NCBI GenBank assembly: GCA_036172245.1 | Contig: JAYWIR010000029.1 | Coordinates: forward strand, 124,001-188,000 | DNA from: Raillietiella orientalis | Taxonomy: Eukaryota | Length of the DNA: 64,000 bases | Direction: 5' to 3' | In this document: positions 24,260-36,799 of the stretch, piece after piece | Layout: each line of letters begins with the position of its first letter | Position numbering within the stretch: the stretch's first letter is position 1 | The notes under the pieces: generated by a model | The model's database searches: none | Told to the model about the DNA's origin: nothing | What the model saw: the letters and a program-made list of their open reading frames with translations, nothing else | Program-made: the position numbers and the translations under genes

Positions 24260-27200
24260 CATGAGTTGTTCTTTCGCGTTGTTTGCCTGTGTCGGCGTTA
24301 GAGGAAAGAGTGTCGTGCTCGTTGGCGTCTGAGAGGGATTTTCCGGAATAGCTTCGTTTCGCTGCCCGATTGATCTTCTGTTTTTCCTGTGGGTAGTCGG
24401 TTTGACCGCACGCTGCCTCAGGGCAGCGGAAGCTCAGGACGCACAATTGCTTGAGACGTACGCAGCTAGGCGCGTCGAATTCGGGTGCTCTGCGACGCGC
24501 CTGAGCGGGCGGTGCTCGCAAAAGGGAGTGCAGGAGAGCAGAAAGGTAGTGTTCCCTGACCACGGCCCTTGGGACCGTTCACTGAAATCCAACTGGTTTT
24601 CTCACAGGAGCGGACGGAAGGTTAAGGTCGCTCGCATAGGGAGGGGAAAGGGCTTTTCTTTATGCATGCTTTTAGAGGGAAAGATCCCGGAAATGAGGGG
24701 CCTCCCTTTCGCCTTCCAAGCTTCCCGGATCTCTGCGAAGGCGTGATGTTTCACTTCATTGGTTGGGGAGGGAAAGGGGATCCAAGTGGAACAGAGGGAG
24801 GGCTTCATTCTGGATCTGCGAGGTGGAAGGGGATGGAGGAGAGCTCCTGACGGGATTCAGGAACTGAGGAGGGCTCCTCGGGGGGATTGAAAGCTGCTCA
24901 CCGCCCGCCTTCCTCTGGATACAGCAGCCGCCTCTCGTTGGGACCTTGCGATGCAGTCCACTCGCTCGTTGCTTTTTAGGGGTGGTGAAGCCTGCTGTCA
25001 ACTTCCGAGAGTCTGGAAGACGTTTCGTCCGTTAAGGAAAAGAAGGTCCTTCCTCATTCCTCGCTCCCCTTTCCCCCCTATCTGCTCGGCGCCTTCTGCA
25101 GCTGAGCAGGTATGTGGTGCGCCCCTCTTGAATCCGCTGGCGAGGAGACGACCTCCCACAGCGGAAAGATGGGAGATAAGGCTCGCAACGGGACTGCGAG
25201 CACACCCGCTTTCTCCAGGGAAGCACCACGCACGGGGTGGCCCGTTCCTCACGGAGGGCTTGAACAAACCGGGGAAGAGGCAAAAGAGGGAAGACGGTCC
25301 GAGAGATCGAATGGCAAGGCCTTTCGTTGTTTCCTTACTGATCCAGAGCCGCGGAGGAGGATTCCTCAAATCACGAGAGCGCCATCTCGAGGAAAAGGGT
25401 GAGAGGTCTGGTAGTCACAGAAAAGGGCTCGGTGTGCATCTTGACAGAAGTCCTTCTTCCAGTGAAATCATTTTCTGGGTAACGTAGTGTCGGAAGAAGA
25501 AGGAATGGACACGAAGCTCTTGGGAACGTCTTTTCTTAAAGAAACGAGTTTTTTTGGAGAAGAGGAGGAGGGAGGGAAAGAGGAGGGGAGGGGTCAAATC
25601 ATAAAGCCCTACGGTAAGCGCGTGTCTTTCCCACTTTCTCATGAGCGGAAGAACAATCGAAGATTCCATCAGCAAGTCATCTTGAAAGAGTCCTTGAAGA
25701 AGTCCACCTTGCCCGTGAAACGGAGACGCGATCAATAGCATCATTCTACGACGCGGCAACGGAAGCCATAGATCGAACTCCCGGGCAACGGATGCTTATT
25801 ATTTATCCTTGAGTTCCGTAGTCAGCCCTCTGGATGTCCTTTGCGCAAAGTTTTCTGTGTTCTTCCATTTTCTGAATTCCGAAGCATCGCAGGCTTCTTC
25901 CGTTTCCTTGATCTTCATTTTTCCCTCCACTTCGTTTTTCTTCCCGTCGGGAAGCTCCCTACCGCTTACTTCTTCTTCCTGTTCCTCCTCCAGAAAACCG
26001 AACCCTTTCCGGACACCGATGCATATTTTTGGTCCATTCCGTTGTTTCTGCTAGCCCCCTTTCTCGATGATGCAGTTTCGGGGCATTCGAACGACATGTT
26101 TCAGATCTTCGAGGGAAAGGAAGGGATGTAACGAAAAGCTGAAACTTGCTCTGGTTAGCCTGCCCCCAGCCTCTCTCTGCGTTCATCACAAAGAGCGTGA
26201 ATAGGAAGGATCTTGCAGATGTGTTTAAGGGAGAAAAGGCCTAAGCGTGTTAATCGGCAGGGGACTGCAGCGACCCATTCCCTCTTGTCTTTCCCAGGTT
26301 CTGGCAAAATCGCATTCCCCTGAAGAGTCGGAAACAGATTTCCTTATTCAGGAAAGGCGAAACCAACGTCTCCACAGTGGGACAAGAGGGAGTCCTGAAG
26401 CGAGAAGAGACGAGCGGGTTCACGGGATTTACTGCTCGAGGTCTCAGAACACTCGCTCCTTTGGGTTCGACAAGAAACTCGCGCTCTCTTGTGCCACTTC
26501 CTTCCATCTCGTTTTCGGTCCAGATTGTGTTCCCAGAGTCGCGCTTCTTCCAACTTGTCTCCAGCTCGGAGGCATGCACGCACATCATGGCCTGAGATTG
26601 TGGCCAATCCCGAGGATGTCTGCCTGCCGACAGCAAAATCTGTCTTGCAGATCTCTTTTCAATTCCTCCTCTGGATCATCCTTAAGGATCTGTTCAGTTT
26701 GAAGAAGCGTTATCTTCGTTGCTGAAGTCCTCAAAGGGTTAAAACTTTACGCACCCTTTGTGATCCAGTGAATAGAGATGCGCGTAGGAGCATTCCGCTG
26801 TAGGTGTTTTCTTAAGGACTGCTGCATTAAAGCAACAATCAGTCATATCCTAAAATTCTGGCCATGCCAGAATATCATCTTGGACATCCTGACATTGGGT
26901 ATGTTTGGAGGACTGCAATCTCAGTTCCAACAGTTGCCACTCTGTGCCAAATTGTGACTTCCGTAAGGTATACCTGAGTATCTAATCCTTCGGCGAAGCG
27001 CTGGCAGCGAAGAATTTCTCTCATTGCTGCCGCGCATCTGTCACATGATGGCGGGATTCTCTTTCTCCTCGAGTCAACCGCCTTCACTTTTGGAAGCCTA
27101 CCCTTGGATATCCTACCTCCTCAAGAACTGGAATGTTTGGCGGCAGGAGACATTCGAGTCTTGAGTTGCCACCTTGAAGATGAGCTCAGAAGAACTTCGT

Positions 27201-27379
27201 CGTCTGAGGAACTTTTCTCTGCAACCCGCTGGGAGCTTTCCATCGGGACTGGACGAAGTGGTCCAGTCTGTACATCACACCTCTTGCCGCAGAGCTGTCT
27301 GCCCTCAGGACAAACAATGACGGCGGGGTGAAAGTTCTGCATCATTGGAGGACTCACTAAACTCTTGGACGGCTCGAGG

Positions 27380-28875
27380 ACTAGAGAGTTGATGAACACC
27401 GCTACTCCTCTTTCCCGAGCAAAGGGACTGTTTTGGTGGTGCAAACTTTTCGAGTGTGCCCTCGGAACAATGTTGTGATTCCTCCTTTGTCCTCGAACAA
27501 ATCTGGGTTTCCGTTACACGGGAAACAGGATGTGCTGCTGTTTCTGTACTGAGGTTTTCAGTGCAACTATCGTAACACCTGTTTTCCGGGGGAGTTACGT
27601 CCCCGAACTGCTTAAAATAAGGAGCAATTGGATCGCTTCCTCCCCTACTATTAAACAGAGGCTCTCCATGACCTGTGGCGGAGGCTGGCTTCAGCACCCC
27701 TGCACCCCGAGGACATTGTTGTGAGCTTTCTGGGGAGATTCTTCGTGAGCGACAATATTTTGACTGGCGCGGTGGTTTCACACCCGGGTGCGCCGGGGTG
27801 TTTATTCTCTTAGAGGAATCGTTGGAGCCGATGGCCCACCAATTCCAATTGTTACACTAGAAAGAAGGGGAAGCCGGAGAGGTCCATCACGTCCACGAAG
27901 GCAAAGGGGGATGAAACAAAAATAGAAGATGAAAACAAACTATAACAAACAACAAAAAAACAAAAAGCAAAAATTAGTTGGGGGGAAGGGAAGGGATCAC
28001 ATTTCGTGGTGAGGCCTCTGTATCTGTTGAAGGATGCCTGAGAGCTCCTCCTTCTCCTTTTCCAAGTGGGACCATCTCAAAGCTATCTGCAGGAAGCGGA
28101 TGGCATGCAGGACAGCCCCCCTGTCGCTCTGGTCTCTCTCGGCGTCGCACTTCGCCGCGACGACACCGCGCACGCAGCGCAGCGCTGCTATTGCGGCTGC
28201 GGGCGTCATGGCTTCTCGCACGAAGAGGGGTCTCAAAGAGTCTCTGGGATCGTCCACTGGGTGCAGAAGAGTCGCAGCGAAACGTTTCCACAAGCCCCGG
28301 AGGGTGAGATACTGCACTATGAGGTGGGGAAAATCTTCCTTCTCTCCACACCTGGCACAGTTCGGCGATGCGCTTCCCCTCGTCTCGTTTAGTGATAACG
28401 GCGCGCGTTGCACGGGAGACCTCAGTGCAGTATCAGCATCGCCGATTGCGGACATTTGTGGAGAAGCAGCTTTCTGTCCATAAACACGGGAGCACCGTGA
28501 TTGCAATGAGATCGTGCATCCGCGCCATCGACACAACCCGCAATGTGCTGGAATCTCGGGAGCAGCAAAAGGGGAGCACCCACATGGCAGACACCTTGAT
28601 GAAGATGGCTCATCCGAAAGTCGTCAGGGAGAGCTTCACCATCGAGAGTCGGTTGCAGGAATGAACGAGCGGCTCATGCCAAAGACTCCTTGTTCCTTCC
28701 ACTTTTTATTTTGCTCATTCATTGTCCCTTCCCTCTCGCTCCGGACTTCAAAATCCAGCCTGAGTGCTGGTGAATCCTCCTGCTAGGCCTAATTTTTTTT
28801 TGCTTCTTGAAAATTGATTTCTTATATTGTTTGTTTGTTTATTTTAAATCAACACCACGGAGTTGCCACATTAAC
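27380..28875 (+). mobile_element. Older plus-strand LINE 3' fragment, split by the 27776-28480 insertion
   Basis: 27660-27770 matches ~39970-40080 (ctgtggcggaggctggc...ctgcacc..gaggac). 28490 onward matches ~40081 onward (attgcaa...tgcatccgc). Degenerate 3' motif near 28847. The 5' boundary is approximate. Confidence 0.65.
27776..28480 (-). mobile_element. 3' fragment of the same LINE family, nested inside a plus-strand copy
   Basis: CARCGEKEDFPHL..LRGLWKRFAATLLHP. Terminal AATAAACACCCCGGCGCACCCGGGTG. Confidence 0.8.
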
Positions 28876-29500
28876 ACGAGAAGATTCTGACTATCTTGAA
28901 GAAACGAATCATTATCTTCCCTTATCAACCTGCAGATGCTCTAGCGAGCCATTCATTGGTACAGAATGAAAATTTTGGCTTCTATCCCTCATATCTGTAG
29001 GGACTGGCGTCCCTACTTTTGTTCAGCCGCTTCAGAATGGAACTCCTCTCTTCCCCTTTGAGAAAAATGCATCTCCCTGATAGAAGACCATTAGAACTCC
29101 TGGCACCCAAAGACATTTAACATATGAAGTCAAGAAGAGTGTAACTCGTTCTAGCCCTGAAGAGCTGACTCTTCTGCAACATATAGAAGAGTTCCTCTCC
29201 CAGAGATGAATCAGGTCCAGAGGTAGTGGATCTGCGCAGCCAACAGGCCCTTGGTTTCGGATCCTATCTTGAGAAGAAGCGGAACGGCGGCAGTTCACCT
29301 CAGCACCTGAAGGTTTCACCAGTCTGCTCGGCGGATCTGATAGTTCCGAATACACAGACTTGGGGATATTGCAGCTCTCGGAAGATATGCTGCATCTTTT
29401 CCAAGAGGAATTGGTGGCCTTTACCTCTTGGCTCTTGTGTTTGGACTGTGCTTCCCTTCGGCTGCAAAGAACGCTCTCTTCTTTCATTGAGTATTCATGT

Positions 29501-30281
29501 GCAGCAGGCACTGCAACCACATGACTGGAGGGACAAGTTTACCTGGAGACTGCGAGACCTGGGGAACGGAAGCATGCATCTCGCGCCTCCTGCTGGACTG
29601 GGACGCTCTTCGCCCGGGTTGGAAGCGCTTAGCAAGGACACGGACGACGACGACACTCCTGAAGAGCTCGTGCGGTGCGATGTTTTTTCGTCCCATATGC
29701 GACTTCACCGCACGCTGCAGCCACCATCGGCCATCCTGATGATACGGCCGTCTCCGACAACGACGAGGCGGCCTTCCACTCACCCCAGGGGCGTCGGGAA
29801 AGGAGGACGGAAGGGAAGCTACGGCGCTCATCGGGAAAGGACCGAGGGTCGGGAACACTGGAGACCTGCCTAGAGAACCTTCCTAGCCCCCATCCCCGGT
29901 CGTACCCCTAATTTTTAGCGCCTCCTCCTTCTGGTCGCACCGGAACGCCCCTCCCTCCTGAACGAGAGTGCGTATCGCAATGGACCTCTCTCGGTTCGCT
30001 TTTTATTGAACACCCACTTTTAGCACGGGCGTTCATTTTCGGCAAAAAAACAAAAAAATGCTCTGGAGTGACCTTCTGATGCCGAACTTCCTGGCCATTC
30101 ATCGAAAATGAAGGGATGAAAGGTACAATAAGAAGGGATCTGTTTGCTCGAAGGGAAAGTTTCTGGGGACAGAGCCAGATGGAGGGAGAGAGGCCTGCGT
30201 TTCCCAAAATCAATGCGTAAATGGAGGGTGGAGCGGTCCAGGATCACGGTAATGAACATGACTGCCAGTTCCCGAGACAGG
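29501..30281. mobile_element. 781 bp non-coding repeat element, copy A
   Basis: Near-identical reverse complement of 43927-44707 (mirrored ORFs, coordinate sum 74208). CAGG near both ends. Confidence 0.8.
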
Positions 30282-30289
30282 CCTGAACT

Positions 30290-31100
30290 CGAGAAAGGGA
30301 ATCGACCCTATCTTCGATTCAAGCCACTCTGCTCACAATTTTCCTAGACTTCCACAAATTTGTATTCACATGCTGAACTGGACCATCTTGTTCGCTCTTC
30401 GCATACAGAGAATAGCGATTGTGAACTTTCCGGGATGATGGTCGCGTCCTTCTTCCAAAACCCGATACTCATTTCCACCACTTCTTCCATCGCCGGTGAT
30501 CGCACATAGGAAAGTCTGCATAGCTGAGTAAGAAAAGCAAGTCCTGACTGACCGGCAGTTTCAAAACATGCTTGGTTCCTGCATTTTGTTCTCTTGCCAG
30601 GTAACGAATTGCTTTTTGGAAGAAATGAAACTGCAACTTCCAAGTCAAAGTCTATGCAGGCGTGCCATGTTTTCCTCGTTGGTCTCCTTTGTTCTCCACT
30701 TGACTCTGCCTGTCATTCTTCCCTTCCGTCATGCTTGTGTTGAGATTTGGAAGCTTGCCTTTACATGGACAGATATCATGGACAGCAAGCAGATGCTGAG
30801 CGTGATAGTTTCATGCCACCCTCAGAGTTCCTAGAGACAGTTTTCTCCCATATAAAAAGCAAACACTGATGCTCTGCACTGTATCTTCGCCATGCCGTGC
30901 CTCACAGAGTCCAGATTGCTTTCTTCTCATCACTCTCATAATAGGTTTCTTTTCTGTGATCTTCAACCATGGATCCTTGCAATGGGCTGGCGGTTCCATT
31001 AGGGTTTTGATGCTTCTTCTTCTAATGTCAAACGAGCTGTCCACTATGGGAACCTTACTTCACCTGAAGGGACTTTTATTATTGTCGGGATGAATGCGAG
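30290..31100 (-). mobile_element. Possible decayed hAT transposase remnant
   Basis: Fragments TNEENMA and CEERTRWSS resemble the hAT motifs HTGENIA and TRWNS, in the expected order, across stops and frameshifts. Confidence 0.3.
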
Positions 31101-34100
31101 AACATTCGTTTCTATTCGATATTGCACCTACTTCCAGCCAGATATGAAACCCATTTTGCTTCCTTACTGGTAGTGGAATTCCCATAAAGTGCAGTTTTCA
31201 TCATCGAGTCAAGGGTTGTCTTTTGTCGTTAGACTCTTTATGCTTCCGTGCTATGATGTCATTATTTTATTCCTCTGTGGAAGTTCGAAGTCATTTTCCA
31301 TCCTCCTAAAAAAAAAACGTAGAAAAGAAAAAAAAAATCAGCATCAGGATCAAATGCTTGTTAATGATGACCTCATATTCCATCTCTTGCATTTCTCTCT
31401 CCAAGTCCTGGAGTGACTTTCGTGGTTTAATGAAACCTCACTATCAACATCTTAAACTTGTGAGATAAGTTTTTTTCCATACAGATTACAAAGCTGCATT
31501 GGAAACTTCGATGGCACTGCTGCTTTCATTCTTACGCATTCCAAATGTAAAAGACTACTCTCTACTTTCTATGTATTTTGAGAATGGAGGCTGAATCTCT
31601 TCCCTCTGAGTTCTATTCCCTACAATGAAATGCAAAACAGGCATCACCTCAAAGATTAGCCTGTGGTTGCAACTTATGGAAGTGAGAATCGAGGAAGCGG
31701 GACAGAAACATGCCTCACTGAATGGAATGCCGAGTGGAGGCTCAGCAAAGTCGCTGATGAAAGGAACAAAACGGGATGCTCAAGCAGCGGAGGTTTCATC
31801 TGTTTGAGTGAAATTCATCAGAAGTGGCTGGCTTCCGATACACAGGGGAAAAGTCGCAAGATGGAACCGAAAATCCGAAATCCGCAAAACCTCAATTTGG
31901 GATCTGCTGCCTGGTGGCCATGTCGCATTTGCGCGTTCCGCAAGAAGTCATGTCTGCCTCAGAGGATGTGTGCTAAAGACGTGTACACTTCTCCGTAGCT
32001 GGCTACAAGCTGGACTCTGCGGACCCGGAAAGCCGAAGGGCGACGGACTATTACGAAGAGATGAATGCGAAGACAGTGCCGATGATGCACGTCAGGTTAC
32101 GGGAACGAAGGGCTCGAAAATTCGGGCAACGTGGCTTCTCGGTTCCATGCTTTATGGATACTTCGCCGTACACTACGTGGGTACTCAGAGGGTACTCAGG
32201 ACGTGAGCGCTTGAACAGAAACTTCCTTGGGAATCCCTGCAAAATTTTCCAGTGCATGAAAAAACTCTTCCCCTGATGAGTTATGGCATGGTCCTCCGTA
32301 CCACAAGTCGCTTTACTCGCATCTGAGTCGCGTAACTCGCTCGAATCCCGAACGTGCGAGAGGTTCTCGTACTCTGGGAGACTTTCCCGGAACGGACCGG
32401 ATGGTGTTCCTGATAGAAATCAAATTGCTGCTCTATGAAGTCGACTAGAGGTCCATTTCGTGAGTGTGCAATAAAACAGCTAGTGAGAAGGGGAGTATGG
32501 AATGATGGGTGACACGTGCAAGATCTTGAGAAAATCAAAGATTCGAATCAGTTTCGCACCAGCTGGCCATCATTCCACAGCAGCATTGGTAACAAAATGA
32601 AAACATCTAGATGAAAGCTAAGCGATATTCAGATAAAGCAATAGCAGGTAAAGGAAGATAGTAATCCTAAAAACTTAAAGATCCCTCTATTTGCCGAAAG
32701 AGATTTATTCCGTGAGAAAGGAATGGGCAGCGAATCTCAGTTGATTTTCATAAAAGCTCAGTCTTCGTCTCCCAGAACTCAGCCCGCAGTGACGGCGATA
32801 GCCTCATCCCAGCAAATGGATGCTTCTTTCATCATCTCTGCGTAACGAGACCGCGTAGTGCAATCTCCTCAAAATTCAAGAACTGTCCGAAGTAGCCTGT
32901 CGAGATGGCAGCAGGATTTTACAATTACTTCATTGGAAAGTCAATCACCAAGAAGTTGAAAGGAAAACATGCGGGATGATACAAAGCTTTCTTGTTAGAG
33001 GGTATACGCACCTTCGTAGAATCCGGACGATTCTTCCTGCCCCTTAGCGTGCATAATTCAGGAATTCCCTTTCTGGAACTCTTTCGATTGAGGAACCTTT
33101 TCAAGAACCAGTGCGGCCCCCTAAATGCCATCGCTTAGAGATGATAGAGAACCTCTTCGTTCGAGTTTCACCGTTTGCAGCTGCAACCTCAGCTCGCCCG
33201 CTTCTGCAGTCGCTTTCAGATCCGAAGGCGGCTCGATCGAAGAAAACGGTGGCGTCTTTCCTCTGAAAGAGCAAGGAAGAAGCCAGAACGATTTTGATCG
33301 AAGCCCTCTGCTGCGCCTTTCTTCCCCATGGACCGTTTTCCGGAAGGCACAAACCACGCTCTCCAGAAGTGACCACGGCATAGCTGCGCTAGCAAAATTT
33401 TGGTCGCCTTGTTCCTCCGAGAGACCTCGGACAACCAGACGCATGAATCCAAGTAGACAAAACTGGTCCACTATAGTTTTTCCAGTTGTTACCTTAGGAA
33501 TCTTGTGTCTCTGGAAACTCTTCTGAAAGCTCTTGGAGCTCCACTAGGAAGCAGCGATCTGGAGAACGTTGGAAACAACCACCCGGTTCTGCAGGGTATA
33601 CCCATGGCATGAATGTGTCGCAGTTACCATTCCAGTGAGCAATGAATATTTCTCAAGAACCTGATCCCCTGAGTTTCGCTTAAAGCTTCTGGAAGGGTGG
33701 TGCGTATGCAAAGGAAGGTTCGTGAAAAGATTATGAGAATATCCTTCCTGGTTATTTCTCTTTAAAACCATCTAGAAGAAGAGAACCTTGGAAGGAGAGA
33801 AGAGGAAAAAGACCCTTTTGCCCCTTCTCATTTTCCCTCTTTAAATTTTACAATATTCCACTGAAGGAATAGCTTTCAAGGAAGCATCCTGAGCCCACTC
33901 AGAAACTTTCTTGGTTCCCCAATATGCCAGTCTCTATGGAATCCTGCAAAGTTCCTCCCACAATTCTCTACTCTTAAGCTCATCACTTTGCAAAGCTTGC
34001 AAAGTGACAAGCTTGCACAGCGCATGGATGCTGCTGCCTCTCTTCGCGCCTACTTTCCTTCACTTGAAGAAAAAAAAATTGGACAGACACTGCAGAGTGT

Positions 34101-36799
34101 CCTGTGGTTCTTTTCCTCCTCCCATCCTTAGAAAGCCCCTTGTGGTCATGGTTGAGAACTTTTCTTCTCTTGAGCGAGATACCTCAAAGAGGTGATCAGA
34201 GGGACAAGCTAGAAGTGCTTCTGGAGCCTGTCTTAAGGCACTCTCCTTTTTTCTTCTCTCCCTGCTGGATCTCATCGAGGTTGGCGTCGACCGCGCATCT
34301 GAAGTCAGGATTAGCACGGGCGTGAGCCTACCCTGATCCAGAGGCACTACATATGGTCTTAAAAGCACGGGAAAGAGGAGTGTCTCGAAATTATGAGGAG
34401 AAGCGAGAGTGTGCCTCTCTTTCTGGAGACCGGGAGAATTCCCTCGTTATGCTATGCATCTACCGAAGAGAAGGAAGCTCTTGAGGAGAGATATGAAAGC
34501 ACAGGAAAAAGATTGTCCAGGATGTGAGACACGAGCCCCTTTCGGAGATGTCTTGTAAGAAGATGAAAGTCTCCAATGCAAACGAGAGGTAGAATACATT
34601 CAGGAGGGTGAGCGTCGGTTTTTCTCGTTTATGCAGGCGCGAGAGACACATTGAATAAGGCGCAGAAGAAGGACTTTGCTCCCAAGGATGTTTCGTCTCG
34701 TATGGCCATCGAGCCATCGGAAAGTACTTCTCTTGTTTAAGATACCGAGAATACCATTGAGAGGAGCAGGAGATCTTGGCTTCCCACCTGCTTCTTCGAA
34801 TGCAAACTTCTAAGAAGCTGCCTTTGAGGTATCTCTGAGTGCTCCGAAAGAAGGCAAAGCTCAGGAGAACGAAACAGTGTCTCGCCGGGGACTTATTGGA
34901 GGTCGATAGATCTCAGAGGCGAATTTCTAATGAAACTTGCTAGACCATTGCGAACCTTACTAGAAAACCTCCTTATCCGGCCTTTTTCGAGAACGACCTT
35001 CTTTCCTTCCTTACCCCGCGCTTGCGGAGGAGGGACACACAAGATAGATAACGTTGTTAAAGGCTGGGAAAGAGAAGACCATGGGTAGAGTGCAGGGATA
35101 GACAAGAGGAGATTATCAAAAAACGTTCCAATATCCTTCTGGGATAGCTCTTTTCTTTCCTTCTTCCCGGACCCCAAAACAAGAACGATAACAGACCTAC
35201 AGAAGGGGTGATTACCAGGAAAAGAGGACTCTATTTCGCAAGGATAGACAGGGAGAAGAAGCAAACGAATCTGCCCATCTCCTGTCTTCTCCCGGGAAGT
35301 TCCTCTCCGGTGGAAGAGTCCGGCTGGCTTAGAAGAACGAGGAGTGACTGGAAATCTACGGGTTAACGGAAAAGAGCGGGAAGACAGGTTCAGAGCGCGA
35401 GTGGAAGCAGGATCTGCCTCCTGATAATACTCAGACTTGGGGACTGACTTCTCGCCCACAGCTTACGCGGCCAACTGCAGAGCCGAGGAGCAGGAAAAAA
35501 AAAAAAATGTAGACGACGAAAGGGGTCACGACTGCTCCTGCCGTGATGTGAGGGCTGGCGATCACACCCGTCAGTGGAGAGGTGACCAGCTGAATAGAAG
35601 GGCTTACCAGACCTGTCAAGCAATAAGAGAAAACGCGACTTACACATGAAATCACTCTCAAAGGACTCAGGACTGAAAAGTGGAGCTCCTCGGAATTCCC
35701 TGCAGAGACTTCGAAAGGAGAACTTCCTGTTTGATACCTCCCATCCTTCTCCTTCTCTGCAAGCACGCCGTTATCTTGCCGGTGATCACTGGGACTCTTC
35801 TCGAAATTAGAAACGTCACCATTTTCTTACGAAGAGGGTCCCCAGGAATGCAACAATTTGTTGAGTAATAGTGAAAACCCTTCCGCACGTGTTGCTGAAA
35901 TGCTACAGAGCCGCGAAAGAGATGGAAACGCATTGCCGAGCACTTCAGTTCCCGAGACCGCCCTCTAGGGACCTGATCACACGTATGTTTACATCTGAGG
36001 GTTTTTCAGTTGTTCCTTCTCTAGAGATTCTCTGCCCATGTGTGAGCAACGATGATGGCCAAAATGGAGAAAGGGTGTGGCCACCATCCCGGGAAATCGT
36101 TCATAATCTCTCTAGCTTGCATGCAGAGGGCGTTGAAATCGTCCAGTCTGAGATGTGAGTTTTCAGGGAACCACGGAAAACTGTGGGTAGCCTCATTCGA
36201 AACCGATGAACGCTCTCCCTCCCCCATACCGACCCTGCCCGAACCAGACCCTCGGGAATCAGTTCCGTGAAGGCAGTCCATCCCATCGCTATTTATTTAT
36301 TTATTAACCGACCCTCCTTCCCTTTCCTTCACTTCTCCTTAGTTCCGTCTCCTGAGAGCTTCGGGTCCTTTAGCTTCTGGCCAGCTCATCTCGGCCCCTT
36401 AGATATTGTGAACATTTCATATAAATTAATATCTTGAAATGTGTAGCCGGGAAGTAGAACCATTCCCCTGTGAGAGGTAGAATAGGGAAGAAGGTACGAA
36501 GGAGTGTTTCCGGCGCAAGCCGATTCCCTGAAGGCAGCGCAAATATCCTTTCAGGGATCAGGCACACTCACCTGAGGAACAAAGCGCTTTCCTTCCTTGC
36601 TAATAAATCCTGGGCAAAAGGCAAGCGTGAGATGGAGGGAAGGAGAGTGATTGAAGAAAAAAAGGTTGGAGCAATACTGGAAAGTGCTCAAGAACAGTCA
36701 GAGCCTCCATTGGTGCCTTTCCGGCTGCTGGCAACAGGCAACGCTGCTTCATGCACTAGGAAGAAGGGGGAAGGTGGTGATTGTGCCCTCAGGGAGAGG

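Noticed and set aside
33550..36330. Further decayed LINE remnants (also ~24260-25500, ~29030-29500, ~59900-62400, ~2950-3800)
   Set aside because: Only hints of motifs and T-rich tails; boundaries and identity cannot be supported by eye.
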